DNA from: the human T2T-CHM13v2.0 reference genome, Homo sapiens
Direction: 5' to 3' (one strand)
DNA: 64,000 bases
Assembly: GCF_009914755.1 (NCBI RefSeq)
Contig: NC_060929.1
This document shows positions 41,790 through 54,165 of the stretch, piece after piece. Position 1 is the stretch's first letter. Each line of letters starts with the position of its first letter. The notes below the pieces were generated by a model. That model searched no databases, was not told where the DNA came from, and was given only the letters and a program-made list of their open reading frames with translations. The position numbers were made by a program, and so were the translations under genes.

Positions 41790-41980
41790 CACATTCTCAC
41801 ATCGAGGCTCACAACAACCTGAGATCAGTGCTATCATCATTTCCACTTGCAGTTGAGGAGGCTGAGGCGCCGAGAGGTTACGTGACTTGCCCAAGAGGTT
41901 ACGTGACTTGCCCAAGATCCTAAGGCTGATAAGTGTGGAAGTCAGGATGGGTACCCAGGAGACCTGGCTTCAAATTTCAC
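41790..41980 (-). mobile_element. MIR with internal 21-bp tandem duplication (41873-41914)
   Basis: GAGGCTGAGGC...AGAGGTTACGTGACTTGCCCA twice. Confidence 0.7.
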
Positions 41981-42199
41981 ACCATGCCCTGGAAGGGGAA
42001 GATAAATTGTTGTGCACAGAACCTAAGAGAAGCTCTAGACCCATAGATGGCAGATAGTGGGTGGAGGTGGAAGAGGAGCCAAAAACAGGGTGGGAGGATG
42101 GAGGTACTGAAAGTCTATTTTGGTGAACACAGAGCTCCAACATCTCAGACTTTTCTCCAGGAAAAATAAATCGATTATATGGGTGGAAGGCAAGAAAGA

Positions 42200-42280
42200 A
42201 GGATGGAGAGATGGATGGATGGATGGATGGATGGATGGATGGTCAGGCAAATGGTTAGATGGACAAGTGGATGGATAGAC
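42200..42280. repeat. (GGAT)n microsatellite
   Basis: Direct reading. Confidence 0.9.
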
Positions 42281-42689
42281 AGATGTAGTAAACCTTTTCC
42301 CAAAAGCCAGCCACCCACTCATTGACACTTAGGTAAGTCCTGTCCAGCAACAGTCCTCCTCTATATACCCAAGACTCTCCAGGGGTTCCATATTCAGGAG
42401 TTAGCTCTCCACTCACAACAGCAGAGGAAACCTACACCCAATTTCTAGATATATTAACCCACCCAGCCATTCTTAAAATGATTAGACTGCAGGATCAGGC
42501 AGCATGTGAAGAAAACCATCAGAATGAAAGAAATGGGACACGTAAGAGAAACTGATAATTCAACCGACCTTTGAGAGAGGTGTGGGGGATGTGATATCTC
42601 GGGGAAGATCAAAACAAAACAAAACAAAAGACCCTTGATGAAACTCTTCAAAGTGATTTGACAAATTACTGCATCCAGCAAACATATCA

Positions 42690-43015
42690 TCATGGCTGGC
42701 TCCTTCCCTTCCTTCAGATCTACATCCCAAAGTCACCATATCAGCAAGGCCTTTCCTGTCTGCACTTTATAAAATAACAACCCTTCCCCAATCTCCCGTC
42801 AGTCCTGCCTTTCCCGAGCCACCTTACCTGCATCTTGTCCCCATAGAACTCAGCACTACATGGTGACATACCAAGTATTGATTTACTTGTTCATTTGCTA
42901 TGGGTCAGCCCACAGATGACATCTCAGCTCCACGACAGCAGTGGATTTGCTCCTTAGTAGAGCTCTAGGGCTTAAAACAGTGTCTGGCATATAGTAGGTT
43001 ATAAGTCAGTAAGTG
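42690..43015 (+). mobile_element. L2 3' fragment
   Basis: Ends AACAGTGTCTGGCATATAGTAGG, typical L2 3' end. Confidence 0.65.
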
Positions 43016-43127
43016 AAAAACCAATGATTTCTTTTTTAAAAGAAGAATAGTTTGCAATGAAAAGAGAACAGAGACTAAGAACTCTTGGAAGTAAAACATA
43101 TGTTTTCCTAAATTAAATAATTTAATA

Positions 43128-43428
43128 GGCCAGGCACGGTGCCTCATGCCTGTAATCCCAGCACTTTGGGAGGCCAAGGCAGATGGATCGCCTGAGGTCA
43201 GAAGTTCAAGACCAGCCTAGCCAAGATGGTGAAACCCCATCTCTACTAAAAATACAAAAATTAGCCGGGCATGGTGGTGCACACCTGTAATCCCAGCTAC
43301 TCCAGAGGCTGAGGCAGGAGAATTGCTTGAACCTGGGGGGCAGAAGTTGCGGTGAGCTGAGATCGCACCATTTCACTCCAGCCTCAGCGAAAGAGCGAAG
43401 CTCCGTCTCGTGGGGGCGGTGGGGGAAA
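43128..43428 (+). mobile_element. AluS (Sp/Sq-like) SINE with G-rich tail
   Basis: Full dimer; TSD AATTTAATAG; tail GTGGGGGCGGTGGGGGAAA. Confidence 0.93.
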
Positions 43429-43587
43429 GAATTTAATAGAAGGTTGGGAAATTTCCCAGAACAGGGAGCAAAAGGACAAACAGAAGAAAAGTACAAGAGA
43501 CATCAAGGACTTCAACATTCAACTGATTCCGGAAAGAGAAAAACAGGAAAACCAAGAGGCAAAAACTCAAAGAAAAATGGCTAGCTC

Positions 43588-44270
43588 TGTTGCACAGCTA
43601 AGAACTCATCTTCCGGGCTGGCTGGCTCCTGCTCGCCACTTCAGATCCATTCTCTACCCTTCTCCACTCCACTCAACGCCCCGGGAGTCAGGCTCACATG
43701 GACCTCGACTCTGCCCTCTGGCTTCCAGCTGGGCTTAGCCAATGGGCAGCAGCTGCTACAGAAGGGGAGAAGACAGAGATCAGAGATCAGGGTTCTTCCT
43801 GCAGCCTCTCCCTGCAGGCTTGCAGCTGGCAGGCTGAGCCCCTCTCCAGGCTTCCTCAGAGTGGCTTCTCTATGGTCTGGGGTGTTAATGGAGCTTGGTT
43901 ATCATACCGCAGGGTCCTGCACTATCCTCTCTGGTCTCCCACTTCTGCCTACACTTTGCAAATTTAAATATCTTTCAACATGAAGTTCTGAGATACATAT
44001 AGATTTTTAAAAGGATTTAAATATACACAATAAAAATTACTTTAAAAATATTAATCATACGAATGTTAAAAAAGTCAATACTCAAGGATAATCGTCAAAG
44101 ACTTCTTATCATAACGCAACTGTGGAGTTGATTCAAATGATTATCATCAGTGTGGCAGTGTTAAGAATATGCATATAACCATATGCCATACAAATGTTAA
44201 CATAAATAAATTCTTTACAAATTATCCTATGTTGAGTAGACATCTGTTTTCTGCTGAGACCATAACTGAT
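43588..44270 (+). mobile_element. LTR33-like ERVL LTR, interrupted by AT-rich sequence
   Basis: CAGATCCATTCTCTACCCTTCTCCAC...GCCCTCTGGCTTCC...GCCAATGGG and end CATCTGTTTTCTGCTGAGACC...CTGATA; family recalled from memory. Confidence 0.5.
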
Positions 44271-44274
44271 AAAT

Positions 44275-45280
44275 CAAAAGCCTAAAGGAATCTACTAAGC
44301 AGCATAAAAATGAATGAATAAAAAATAGTTCATTTAAGACATCTTGTACAATTTTAGCACACCAAGAATCCAGAGAGTCTAACAGCTGCTAGAGAAAGAG
44401 AGCAGATTTCCTATAAAGCATACTAATGAGACCAGCATCAGACTTCTCAGCAACAACTCCTGATATTTTCCTTTGAGTCTAGAATTCTAAATCCAATCAA
44501 CTTACCAACTCAGCTTCAAAGAAAATAAATATAGATTCAGAAATGCAAAAACTCAAAAAGTGTCCATGCTTTTTCTTAGAAAGTTATTTGAGGATTTACT
44601 CCAGTCAAAGAAGGATAATATCAGGAAAGAGAAAGACAGCAAGTTCAAGAAGAATGACTCTAATCTCATGAGGAAACTGCAGAACAAAAGTGCTACAGTT
44701 AATCTAGAAAGCTACCCATCTAAACTAGAAGCGCAGTGATTGTGCTTACAGTAGGTCTTTCAGAAAAACAGAATAGATGATATCAGAGACACAGTGTAAA
44801 AGTGACATTCTCTTTTGACAAGAATAAAAAAGATAACTAGAAAATATATAAAAATAAAGAACCTGTACAATAAAATCAAGCTCAAAATAGGTAGCAAATA
44901 AAAATGAAACACAATTATGAGGAACTGAATAAAATAAGAAAATAAAATTCAGTTGCTATTGATGCTAGAAACATTCTCCACCTAGTAACCAGGGTCATGC
45001 CAGAGTCATGACCCAGGACCTGTAAAGAAGGAAACATAAGATTAGCATAACACCTGATTCCGCAGGGCATGAGCTTTCAAAGTCATAATAGTGTATGCTC
45101 TGTAAAGATTTTCAACTTCTTATACTAACTGATAAAAATAAAAAGTAATTTCAAAGTAGACTATAAATGTTATCAGCCTTGACAATGTGAAAATAAAGAA
45201 CCAATAAAAACTGGGCGAAGAGAGAAGATTAGGCACAATATTATGGAAATTGGACATCAAGAGATGCTTTTAAAAGTTAA
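44275..45280 (+). mobile_element. Old L1/HAL1 ORF1-like fragments
   Basis: A-rich; GCATCAGACTTCTCAGCAACAAC and CTAGAATTCTAAATCCA resemble L1 ORF1. Confidence 0.5.
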
Positions 45281-45299
45281 TAAATTTGGTTTTTAAAAA

Positions 45300-45590
45300 G
45301 TTTTTAGGGCACTGAAACTATTCTGTGTAATACTATAATGGTGCAACATGCTATTATGCATTTGAAAATAAAAACATAGAATATATAACACAAAGAGTGA
45401 ACTGTAAGGCAAATTTAGACTTTAATTAATAATAATATATCAGTATTGGCTTATTGATTGTAACAAATGTACCAAGGCAAGATGTTCATCACAGGGAAAA
45501 CAGTGGGCATGGGAAGGGAGTACATGGGAATTCAGCATTTTCTGCTCAGTTTTTCTGGGCCTAAAATTGCTCTAAAAATAATGTCTATTT
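45300..45590 (+). mobile_element. L1MC-like 3' UTR
   Basis: TTTTTAGGGCACTGAAACTATTCTGTG...TTGTAACAAATGTACCA. Confidence 0.7.
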
Positions 45591-46793
45591 AATTATCAAT
45601 GTGGACTTTGAGAAATGTCACATTTTGACCAGGATTTTGAAAAGAATTTGGATGTGTTCCCTAAGTAACTCATGTACAGGTCACGGGTCCAATCACACAA
45701 TAAGATTTCTAATGAAAAACCAGCCTCCCGTGGACCCTCCTGACAGGCAATTCTGCTTCCTAGAGGATTCACCTTAGTTCTCCTAAGCTACCGCCCTCTC
45801 TAAATGAAAGGCTTCACATAGCTATTGTTTGACTTACTAACTTCAGAAACAACTTACCGACTCCCTTCTACAAAAAATGAGCTTTTGGTTCCCTCATTCC
45901 CCTTTACTCAGCTCAATTTTGAATTGTTTTATATTAGTTTTTAAATTGCTATATACTACTTTTGGTTCTCAACTATCTTTTCTTTTTTTAATTAAACAGC
46001 CTCCAGGCCCTCCTGTTTCGGCCTCTCAGCGCCTTCCTCTCCCAGATCCCCTTTCCTCCACACCCCACCTTGGCTCCCCACACAGTCATCCTTCAGGTTG
46101 GGCCAGTTTTCTAGGATTCCCTGAATATAGCATGCACATTGCTACTTCCTTCAGTGCCCCCAGGAGAAAACTCACTCCTGTCCTTCCCCTTTCCAGGTCC
46201 TGAATGCCTGCGGCCCACACAGGTGCTGGAGCAGGTGATTCCGCAAACCTCAGGCACCTGAGAGGCCGCTCCCTCCCTGCTCAGTGAAAATGAGTTTCGC
46301 CTGCTGTAGCTAGGCAATGAAGAATTAACTAGTTGAGCAAACACATTAGAAAAGATTAGATCTTTCATTTTTATGTTGGTCAAGTGCGTCTTTTACAGCC
46401 CATATTTATGTTTAAGTTTAATCCTATGTTAATTTATTAAGTAAATGTGTATTTTCTGTTTTACTTACAGGCTTTGACCCTAATTTCTGTGACTTTTATA
46501 GCCATACATTGATGTTATTTAGATGTTATTAAATAAAGTTCCTACAATTTCTTTAAGTATTTTTAGATGGCAAGCTGAGAAAGCATGCAGTATCTAAGAG
46601 GAGAAGAAATGGAAGGAAAAAGAGAGGCAGGCCAATGTGGAGAACGTGGCTTGGTTTGGAGGTTGTATTGGAAGCAGACAAGTGTTGTGTGAGAAAGGCT
46701 GCAGAGTGACTCTGAAGATGCCAGATGTCAGCCTGGTAATTTTCCCCATTTGTGGAAGCTGAAGGATTCTGAGGGGTACCTGGTTGTACTTCT

Positions 46794-47095
46794 TTTTATT
46801 TTTATTTTTTTTTTTGAGACAGAGTCTCACTCTGTCACCCAGTCTGGAGTGTGGTGGCACAATCTTGGCTCACTGCAGCCTCCGCCTCCTGGATTCAAGT
46901 GATTCTCCTGCCTCAGCCTCCCGAGTAGCTGGACTACAGGTGCATGCCACCACATCCAGCTAATTTTTGTATTTTTAGTAGAGAAAACATTTCACCATGT
47001 TGGCCAGGTGGTCTCGAACACCTGACCTTAAGTGATCCTCCATCCTCGGCCCCCCAAAATGTTTGGATTACTGGCGTAAGCCACTGCGCCCAGCC
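46794..47095 (-). mobile_element. AluS-type SINE
   Basis: Poly-T plus full dimer; TSD GTTGTACTTCT. Confidence 0.95.
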
Positions 47096-47668
47096 TCCAG
47101 TTGTACTTCTGACAGCAAGAATGTTGACAACTATCACTCCCTCCGAGGGTGTCTCATGCACAGCTCCGAGAGGGCGAGGCACGGTCCTGACAGTTCACAC
47201 ACCATTGCCTCCAGTGCTTTTAATCAGTGCTAAGAAGTCTCCTGCAAAATTGGCACTAATTACATATCCTGAAGAAACAGGTATTTGGTTTAATGCAGCC
47301 CTGCACCAGTGCAGCTATAAGGAAGTGTTGCTTCCTCCTGCTCAGAGAGAACACCTGTCTGTCTTCTGGGTCAAGCAAAGCTGGGGTCATGAAGGATCCA
47401 ACACAGGAGGCGGTCAATGCAGGGAGGGCTGCAGCCAACCTGTGAGAAGCAAGAGGGTAAACCGCCAACTGCAATGCTGCATCGTGGGGCTGTTCTCATG
47501 ACCCCTCGCCCCTGTCCCCCTCGGCCCCTCTCAAAATAGGTCCAGCTTCTCCCCAGACACCAGAACCAAATCCGGTGCATGAGAGAGCCAGCACCCCTAT
47601 GGCAGGGTCTTCCTGCTGATGCAGCTCCTGTCACTGTCTCTTCTGGTTCCCTCTCACCTTGACCCTCC

Positions 47669-48664
47669 GTTACTGGAAAGGGGTCCAGATCCAGACCCTA
47701 AGAGAGGGTTCTTGCATCTCATGCAAGAAAGAATTCAGAGCAAGTCCACAGGGTAAAGTGAAAGCAAGATTATTAGCAAGAGAAGAGAAGTGAAAGCAAG
47801 TTTATAAGCAAGAGAAGTAAAGAAACAAAAGAATGGCTACTTCATAGATAGAGCAGGTCATTCCCAAAAGCAAGAGGAGGAATGAGTCCAACTTAGGTGC
47901 AATGCTTGTTTAGATGTAACATAACTGATATGGTTTGGCTCTCTGTGCCCTCCCAAATCTCATGTTGCATTGTAATCTCCAATGTTGGGGGAGGGACCTG
48001 GTGGGAGGTGATTGGATAACAGGGGTTGATTTCCCCTTTGCTCTTCTGGTGATAATGAGTGAGTTCTCGTGAGATCTGGTTGTTTAAAAGTGTGCGGCAC
48101 TTCCCCCTTCACTCTCTCTCCTGTTCTGCTGTAGTAAGATATGCCTGCTTCCCCTTCACCTTCCACCATGACTGTAAGTTTCCCGAGGCCTCCCAGTCAT
48201 GATTCCTGTACAGCCTGAGAAACTGTGAGTCAATTAAGCCACTTTTCTTCGTGAATTACCCAGTCTCAGATAGTTCTTTATAGCAGTGTGAGAATGGACT
48301 GATGCAATTACAAAACAAAACAGCATGGGGAGGTGTGCTGTGTGGCAAGGGCTCGTGACAAATGATTGTTAATCTTTTTGTAACTACTATCTTCCATGAG
48401 AATCTATATCATTATTCTTAAAGCAGAACTTATTCTTAAATTAAGAATGACTTTGCCCCTAAGATATCAGGACATCAGGCCATTTCCTGAGTCTGTTAAG
48501 TCCTGGGTCTGCTCAGCAAACATTATTAACCTGTTCCCTTAACCGTAAACATCCTGTGACTAGGAATGTCTAACCTCCTGGGAATGCAGCCCAGGAGGTC
48601 TCAGCCTCATTTTACCCAGCCCTTATTCAAGATGGGGGTCATTGTGGTTCAAATGCCTTTGACA
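47669..48664 (-). mobile_element. MER41-family ERV1 LTR split by an MST LTR
   Basis: Termini GTTACTGGAAAGGGGTCCAGATCCAGACCC and ATTCAAGATGG...GGTTCAAATGCCTTTGACA match MER41 ends. Confidence 0.82.
47926..48306 (+). mobile_element. MSTA-like MaLR solo LTR
   Basis: TGATATGGTTTGG...GGACTGATGCA; TSD ATAAC/ATTAC. Confidence 0.9.
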
Positions 48665-49181
48665 TCTCAGCTCCAGATACTGTTTTACCTTTTTTTACCC
48701 CTTCACCTCGTGTCCCAGATACTTACTTCCTGGTTCTTACGTCAGTGGCCGGAACACCTGCTGACTCTGCTTCACAGATGCCCTACATCACCCCCGACCA
48801 TGCCCTTGGAAGCTCTTGGTTCCCCCTTTCCCTCCCTGGAGGCATCCTAGGGGCCAATAGGATAATGAGGCTCCACCTAGCGCTATTCTGCAGACCCAGC
48901 ACCAGGAGCGCCAAATGGGAGGCAGGGCTGCTAACTCGACTTGGAACCTTGAAAGTTATTGTTCCACATCACCAAAAAGTGGGACTAACAGAGGCATCTT
49001 CCAACTTATTTCCCATTTCAATCGCATTCCCCAGTTGATCTTATTGGCCATTGACCGATTGCTTAATTATTCAAGGGACTGAGTCTGACTGCATATGCTT
49101 ACTGAGGGTAGAGGACAAACTCCTCACTGGGACTTTCAATGTCCCTTAAAATGGGACCCTTGTAAAAGACTGGTTACATCA

Positions 49182-49563
49182 TGTTATGAACTGAATTAGG
49201 GCCCCTTCGCCAATGTTTATTTTGAACCCCCAACACATAGCACCTCAAAATGTAACTGTATTTAGAGATGGGGTCTTCAAAGAGGTAATTACGAGGCTCT
49301 AGTCCAATGGGACTGGTGCTGTAATGCGAGGACACTAAGACACACAGAAAACGCACCAAGGATGCTCAGCAGGGGAAAGCCTGCATGTAGAGGCAGCAAG
49401 AGGATGGCGGTCTGCAAGCCAACGAGAAGCCTTGCAGGAAGCCAACCCTGCTGACCCCTAGATCTCGGACTCCAGCCTCCAACGCTGTTTGAGTAAATAC
49501 GTTTCCGTTGTTTAAGCCACCTGATGGTGGCATTTTGTTATAGCAGCCCTAGAAACCAACACA
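49182..49563 (+). mobile_element. MLT1A/B-like MaLR solo LTR
   Basis: TGTTATGAACTGAATT...TTGTTATAGCAGCCCTAGAAACCAACACA; TSD CATCA. Confidence 0.85.
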
Positions 49564-52062
49564 CATCATTTCACCCACACACCAGCAAACCAGGCTGCCC
49601 ATCATTTCCGGGCGACACTCAGGCTTCTCTGCTTTTCTTACGCTTTCTCAAACTGTTCTTTTACTTTTGGAGTGCCCTCCTTTCCACTGCCCTAGTAATG
49701 CTGCCTGGGAGAACCCTAGAGTCCCCAAGCCTGCCATGTCTTCATGTTCTCTGATGACCCTGTGGGGTACACTCACTCCCCTGCAGCCTGCCCACATGAC
49801 CTGGGAGAACCTCCCACAGATGCAGCCCTGGAGCAAATGTATTTTATTCATTCGTTCAATAACTGGCTTTCACGGAGCCAGAACCTCAGGCTCTGTTCCG
49901 CGTCTTGGATGACAGTCACCAGTTCACTTAGTTTATGCCCCTTACTCTGTTCTACAGACAGCCTGTATCTCACACTCCTTTCTCCAGTGCCCTGCAGCCT
50001 TGGGCACTGTGCTCTGCCCCTGCCAGCATGCGTGTAGGGGACACGCATTGTCCAGGCCCCCTTCTAACCAAGAGCAGTTTCCCCCTTAGGGGCTCCTCCT
50101 CCTCCCACACTATAGGTTTTCATAGGAGTGGCCACAGTCTAGTTCATGGGGGCCTGCACCCCTGCTCCCAGCACCAATAAGCTACCACTTTGGGCTTCCT
50201 GATTCAGGACTAGGGTGGCACCAGGCTAGACTCTCTCAGTGCCTAAAACAGTAAGATGTGCAGCCCAGGCTGGTGCCCTCATTCACCACGAGAGGCAGAG
50301 GCAGCAGTCCTGAGAGAGGCGAAGGAGGAAGTGGAGATGGGGTTGGGGAGGACAGGAAGCAAAAGAAGCCAGAGAGAGACAAAAGCCGAGGGGAGGGTTG
50401 GAAGAGAGTCCAGAGAGGGATCCAGCGCTCGCAGCACCGTTTCCGGAGCTCCTACCTCATTTCTGCTTCTCTCAGTGCTCCATTTCTCCTGGGGTATCAG
50501 AGAGCCACCCCACCCATGCCAGGGCCCTCCAGTGATTCCCTTCGTATTGGGAGCCAGCCGTTTCTTTCACTTTTAACCCAACAACTCCTTTGCTACTTCA
50601 AGGCACTTAATATATTCTCTAAATTGAATTTAACTTTAGTTGCTTTTGAAGAAATGGAGTGAATTTCACAGTAACGACAGCAATTTCATTACCTTCCCAG
50701 ACACACTTCTGCTCACCAGATGTCCCAGCGCATAGGGTCCACAGATGGGGGATCAAGGAAGGTCCAATCCATCAGTCATTTATATACAAACAGCGGCCCT
50801 AAATGCTTGGAAACCTGTGGATAAACTTGATTTTTGTGAAGAAATTCATTTGATTTGTGGCATCAAATTGTTCCACAGCAGCACCATTATGGATGATCCA
50901 AAGGTCATTTTTCAGCAGCTGAGGTTTGGAACTCACAGTGGAAGGAGTAGTGTCCACAAGAACACATTTGCTTGTCAGTCAATCTGGAAGAGGCTTCCTT
51001 TCCAACACCCCACGTTGCAAAGAGTGGGTAAGGTTAATGGGTTCACATCTGAAAAGTGGCTCAGAGCCCAGTGATGAAACGCAGTAAATAAAGATATGTT
51101 ATTCTTCACGTTATGAATTGTTTAGAGGAAAGATGGATTCAGGAAACAATCCCTCCCCTAAGATTTTGAATGGTTTCACTAAAGCCACCCATGGATGGGG
51201 AGACTGTAGGGACAAGGATGTGAGGAAGGTGAGTGGAGGCGATCTCCACTGATGCAGTGGATGGAACAGTGGGCTGCCGCCCCTGCCTCTGGCCAGATGC
51301 CAGGCCATTAAGAGCAAAGAGTAAAGATTAATTCCTATGCTCGTGTTATAGCCACACATAAAATTTGGCCCAGTAACCACAGACCAGTGCCAAAATCTGT
51401 TTAGTTCATTTAAATTTTTGTATTTATTTTAATTAAGCACTAGCAGAATGCCATTTGCAGTGGCATATTGAATACCTTTGTAATTAACAATACCGAGCCA
51501 GAGAGATAGGCTTCCTCCGCATTCTTTTAATTAACTGAAATAGTTCAAGGACAGAATCAGCAATGATTTCTTTCTGGATGCAGAATGTGGGGGCTAGGGA
51601 ATATGCCCTTCATTAGAAAAAGGTGTAATTTTTCAAAATTCTAAGATCTATCAGAATATATTTCCATTTTTATAAACATTATCAGAAGGAAGAAAGCTTA
51701 GCAAATGTAATGCATTCAGTATTTTGAGTTACAACAGAAACTTTATGCAGTAGAGAAGTAAGGCAGAAGTTCTGATATGCTGGAATGGAATGAATAATAG
51801 TAATGATTCCATCCCCTATGAGTCACACGGGTCCTGGCAGCCACTTGAAATCCAAAATTCTGGTCCCGACTTTATCCTCAAGGCTTCCTATAAGCAGGCA
51901 GGATGCTTTTTATAATCTCCAGCCCTCTTTCCTTTGTGTTGTCATTGTTCCTTTTTCTTTAACACCTCCTAAAACCTTCCAACATTTGAATTGTTTAAGG
52001 GAAATATGTTTTTTTCTCTTGATCTGTTGAACTGGAATTAATCTCCCTGCATATGTCAGATG

Positions 52063-52268
52063 CTGTTTCTGCTTCTGTTAGAAGGAGCAGGCATCCTTCT
52101 CCTGGGTGAAAATCAGCTCTCATGGAAATCAATGTGGGTGAAAATCAGCTCTCATGGAAATCGATGTGGCTGAAGGGGAGATTCAAGGGCAGGAAAGCAA
52201 AAGGAAGACTCAGCTCCAAGGGGCCTGGTGAGGAGGCTCAACTTCAGGCCCATTCTAGGCTTATTCTG
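52063..52268 (+). repeat. Dispersed duplicate of 53775-53963 with internal 32-bp tandem duplication
   Basis: Direct alignment by eye; ORFs 52122 and 53634 share GENQLSWK..WLKGRFKGRKAKGRL. Confidence 0.92.
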
Positions 52269-53203
52269 GAGTCCAGAGTGAGGATCAATCAATTTGGAGT
52301 GCTAACGCTACTTCTCCACTGGGTTGGAAACATTAGCACATCTTCAGCACCACCGGTGTGTGTGCAGCAGTGAGGACTACACTTGTGCAACTGTTCCTGT
52401 TGCACAAGAAACAGCAATGGCCCCTGCCTTTCCCTCAGAGAATAGAACCCACTCACCAGCCCCTATCCACCCTAGCCCACCCCAGTGCCACCACATCACC
52501 ATTTCTCACTGAAAGATGGTAGATACGATATCATTGAATATCCTCAGCTGCTAGTGCACACAAAGAAAGCAACCCGTTCTTTTGCCAAATGCATCCTCCC
52601 TTGAAAAACTAGAGAAGCACACACTTGTTCTTGCTTACTGTGAGAGGAGCCATCATGAGCATGTAGGAGTGTGGAGTGTTTTGATTCATGCTGTCTGTGC
52701 TACATATAAACTCCTGAGATTCAGCAAAATTTCTTTTTTCATTTGCTGAGTTGAACAACCTGGTCTCTTTCTCCCTTTTATGCACCACCACTCTGAACTG
52801 AATTTTCACAGATGCAAACTGCCAAGTGAAATCCCTTCAATATTAAATTCCACAACCATCATAAAAAGGCGAATCATTTGCCGCTCAAAGGAAATGAGAT
52901 ATATTTTAAATTGAATATCCTCATGAATATGCTAACAAGTCCTGAACAGTTTAATAATAATAACAGACCTTGTCTTCATGTGGCCTCTTTCCCCTAGTGA
53001 AGACTGACAGCACTTACTAGAGGGGGCAGGGAGCTTGGAAGAACACAATCACTCTATTTTATAAGTGAGACCAGGAAAACCATCTCTCCATGTAAACTAG
53101 GCTGCAGGCACCCCCAATGTGTTCATTCTGCCCTCAAAATAACAGGACCTAGGAATCCTTTCACCCTTTGGCAAGCTCTTCCATGGGGCTCTTCCTTGGA
53201 CCT

Positions 53204-53574
53204 TGATATAGTTTGGCTGTGTCCCCACCCAAATCTCATCTTGAATTGTAACTCCCACAATTCCCACGTGTCATGGGAGGAATCTGGTGGGAGGTAATTG
53301 AATCACGGGGGCAGGTCTTTTTCATGCTGTTCTCATGATAGTGAATAAGTCTCATGAGATCTGATGGTTTTATAAGGGGGAGTCTCCCTGCACAAGCTCC
53401 CTCTTTGCCTGCTGCCATCCATGTAAGATGTGACTTGCTCCACCTTGCCTTTCACCATGATTGTGAGGCCTTCCCAGCCATGTGTAACTGTAAGTCCATT
53501 AAACCTCTTCCTTTCATAAATTGTCTTTAGTCTCAGGTATGTCTTTAACTGCAGCATGAAAACAGACTAATACA
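53204..53574 (+). mobile_element. THE1 (THE1B/C-like) solo LTR
   Basis: TGATATAGTTTGGCTGTGTCCCCACCC...GACTAATACA; TSD GACCT/GACTT. Confidence 0.93.
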
Positions 53575-54135
53575 GACTTTATCCCAATTATCACAGCTCT
53601 GGGAGTAGCCTGTGTGCCAGGATCACCTCAGGTGTGAAGATGGCAGAGATGAGGCACTCATCCCCTTCCCTTGCCAAAGATGGGACTGGGTCTCGTCTCA
53701 GCTTAGAAGCCAGGGTAGAGGTTCCTCTGGATGGCTCCCAGGGCAGACGTCTCTGGCCTCCTCTCGGTGGCCAACTGTATCTGCTTCTGTTTGAAGGAGC
53801 AGGCATCCTTCTCCTGGGTGAAAATCAGCTCTCATGGAAATGGATATGGCTGAAGGGGAGATTCAAGGGCAGGAAAGCGAAAGGAAGACTCAAGTCCAAA
53901 GAAGGGCCTTGCTGGGGGCCCTGTGAGGGGGCTCAACTTCAGGCCCATTCTAGGCTTATCCTGAGCAGCCTCCCCATGTGACCTTATAGCAGTGAGGACC
54001 CACACTGGAGGCTGGAGATTAGAAACAGACCCCCAAGGGATGGCTCTACAGGGCCCTCAAAGCTCCCAGGAACCATCCTTGATTGTATTCCAGGATACGG
54101 GGTACAGTGTCTCTTAAATGGAAAAGTGTGCATTA

Positions 54136-54165
54136 ATGAATGAATGAATGAATGAATGAATGAAT
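54136..54165. repeat. (GAAT)n microsatellite, possibly an L2 tail
   Basis: Direct reading. Confidence 0.8.

Noticed and set aside
52122-53981. Two ORFs sharing a peptide, suggesting paralogous genes
   Set aside because: Explained by a ~200-bp DNA duplication; non-ATG start for one ORF and no recognisable domain
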